Source of the DNA: an uncultured Chthonomonadaceae bacterium
Lineage (GTDB): Bacteria > Armatimonadota > Chthonomonadetes > Chthonomonadales > Chthonomonadaceae
Direction of reading: 5' to 3'
Assembly (NCBI GenBank): GCA_963835065.1
Contig: CAWIEK010000008.1
Coordinates: forward strand, 1 to 64,000
DNA length: 64,000 nt
Part shown: positions 62,068-64,000 of the stretch, one piece after another
Layout of the letters: the number at the start of each line of letters is the position of its first letter
How positions within the stretch are numbered: position 1 is the first letter of the stretch
Notes under the pieces: model-generated
Databases searched by the model: none
The model's input: only the letters and a program-made list of their open reading frames with translations
What the model was told of the DNA's origin: nothing
Position numbers and translations under genes: made by a program

Positions 62068-63096
62068 TCAATTGGCAGGCATGGTATACAACATGCAGTG
62101 ATACTCGACTGCCAGCGCCTTTCCGCCCGGCAGCCAGTCTACATTCAAGGGAAAGTGGATCGCATATTCGTCTGCCTGATATTTGGGCAGGCTTATGAGG
62201 CGGCGCAGATGCCGCCCGCGAATATCACTGCGCCAGATTTCCATAAACGTGAGCGGCTTTGTTACTCCCGAAGAAGCTGGACGGTATCGTGATGCCTGCC
62301 GGAAAGTAGTTCGTTTTACAGTCAGCGTATAAACCAGTTGATCTCCAGAAGGGGATAGGCAGGCATTTTCAAGTTTTGCGCCTTGCGGCATGTTGATAAT
62401 AGTGCGACGATCAGGGCTTGACTTCCAGTACGAGGCGCGTTGATGGATAATCACTTTGTTTGTGTCGTCTGCGTTGTCGTCTATAGTAATCACGTTATGC
62501 CTTGTAGTGACACTGCGCTCGATGTCTTCGGGTGACATCTGCAGCTGCGCGATGTTCCTGCGAATGTGAGCCGAATTGGTAATGTCGTAGAGGAAGCAGG
62601 TATGATTCTGCGGATGAACGTCGTCCTTCGCCAGCAGGAAGTGGCGGCTGTCGGGCAGCCATACAGCAGAAGCGCTGCGCTGCAAGATTGAAAAATGCTT
62701 GGAGCCGTCCAGCGCAACAAGTTCCATTTTGTCGCCGCCTATTTCTTTGTCTATAAGCATCCATTTGCTGTCCGGGGAGAGACGCGGCGCATTGCAAACA
62801 CAAAATTTGTGCATGAAGTTTGTTAGGCGGGATAATTTAGTTTCTTTTCCTGTTCCCACGTCACGGAGGAAGTAGGTGTCTCTTCCATCATTGTCGCGCG
62901 CAAACAGGACCTTCCGTTCAGACAGCCAACACCAGCCAAAGGTATGGTGAGCATGAGCATGCCAGCCGCTCGTATTTGTTACCGACGTTGCGCGTTTACG
63001 CAAAAGCTGTTCAGGCGGCGCAGCCGCGCTGTGCGCCATCATACTACCAGCAAGTAAGCAGAAGCCGATGAGATATTGGAGTATTATTTTGCGCAT
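62068..63096 (-). CDS. Secreted hypothetical protein, TolB-like beta-propeller
   Basis: Signal peptide; LSPDSKW, WLPDS, LSPSGD and WLPGGK blade motifs. Confidence 0.65.
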   Translation of the reverse strand: MRKIILQYLIGFCLLAGSMMAHSAAAPPEQLLRKRATSVTNTSGWHAHAHHTFGWCWLSERKVLFARDNDGRDTYFLRDVGTGKETKLSRLTNFMHKFCVCNAPRLSPDSKWMLIDKEIGGDKMELVALDGSKHFSILQRSASAVWLPDSRHFLLAKDDVHPQNHTCFLYDITNSAHIRRNIAQLQMSPEDIERSVTTRHNVITIDDNADDTNKVIIHQRASYWKSSPDRRTIINMPQGAKLENACLSPSGDQLVYTLTVKRTTFRQASRYRPASSGVTKPLTFMEIWRSDIRGRHLRRLISLPKYQADEYAIHFPLNVDWLPGGKALAVEYHCMLYTMPAN

Positions 63097-63139
63097 AGAT
63101 ACCTCCTATCAGGCAAAGCCTCTTTTTGAGGATTTAATA

Positions 63140-64000
63140 TCAAAAGTGGTGTATCAAAACGTGAGCAATGCCAACGATTGCGCCGCCGAGTACCAGCCAT
63201 GCGGAGTTGACGCGCCGGCGCAGCAACAGGAGCAGGCTGATAAGGGCTAAGACAATCGTGGTTACATCTCGTAAAGCGTTTTGCGCCAACTGCCCTGTTA
63301 CCAACGCCATGAGAGAAAGAGAGGCGACATTCACGCCGTCCAGAAACGCGCCCGCCGTTGCCGATTGCCGGATGCGCGATACAAGCGGGCCGCTCAGAGC
63401 GACAAAGGCGAACGCGGGCAGGAAAATTCCCACTGTCGCCACGATTGCGCCTTTTGGCCCGGCCAGAACGTAGCCGATAAACGTTGCCGTCGTGAACACG
63501 GGGCCGGGCGTTACCTGCCCGATGGCAACGGCGTCCAGCAGTTGGCCCGTTGTCAGCCACGCGCGTTTTGTCACCAGATCGTCGCGCAAAAACGCCAGCA
63601 GCACATAGCCGCTGCCATACACGACCGAGCCGAGTTTCAGGAACACAAGCCCAAGCGAAGTCAGGCCAAGCGCGGAGGATGCTCCCGCATACAGGCTCAA
63701 CAGGATGGGCAGGGCAATTATAGCGCCCAACGCGAACAGCAGAACGAAAAGCGGACGCGATACTGTCTTTGCGCTTGGCGCAAAACCAGAAAACGCCGCT
63801 CGTTGCCAGCCCGGATGCCGCCAGCGTCAGCAGTGGGTTTGCGCTCCACGCCGCCAACGCGAACGCGCCGACTGCTGCGCCACCCAAAAACCGGGTCTTG
63901 ATTGCCGCGCGTCCCAGATTCCACAACGCCTGCGCGACAACAGCGACAACAACAGGCTTCACGCCATACAATGCGCCCGCGATTTGCGGCAGTTGCCCAT
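63140..64000 (-). CDS. chrA: Chromate efflux transporter (partial), one extra base near 63782-63785
   Basis: YGVKPVVVA, FLKLGSVVYGSGYVL, GQVTPGP...ATFIG and IFLP motifs. Confidence 0.88.

Overview
A 64 kb GC-rich bacterial chromosomal window with about 50 CDS. The mix of PEP-CTERM, LCP, VanW, DUF1549/1553-DUF1501 and XisH/XisI genes suggests Armatimonadota or a similar lineage; this is inference only. Most genes are housekeeping or accessory: nudC, rbsBC, coaA, lctP, pseBC, galM, cysE, cheA, a PhoPR-like pair, dut, pdp, yebC, kdgK and chrA. I saw no rRNA, tRNA or CRISPR array. Mobile features are one intact IS5-family element, a 93-bp IS5-type MITE, and a 2.7 kb islet bounded by a 138-bp duplication of the lctP 3' end. 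The strongest unexplained signal is a dense set of short tandem repeats and palindromes. 7/8-nt arrays sit at gene junctions with a consistent polarity relative to transcription: the G-rich arm follows stop codons and the C-rich arm precedes start codons. One complete inverted pair encloses a four-helix-bundle (Avd/23S-IVP-like) gene inside an operon, and 'empty' pairs and in-frame copies occur elsewhere. At least five further palindromic repeat families are present. About seven genes are split by single extra bases, mostly in homopolymers; these are probably sequencing errors.
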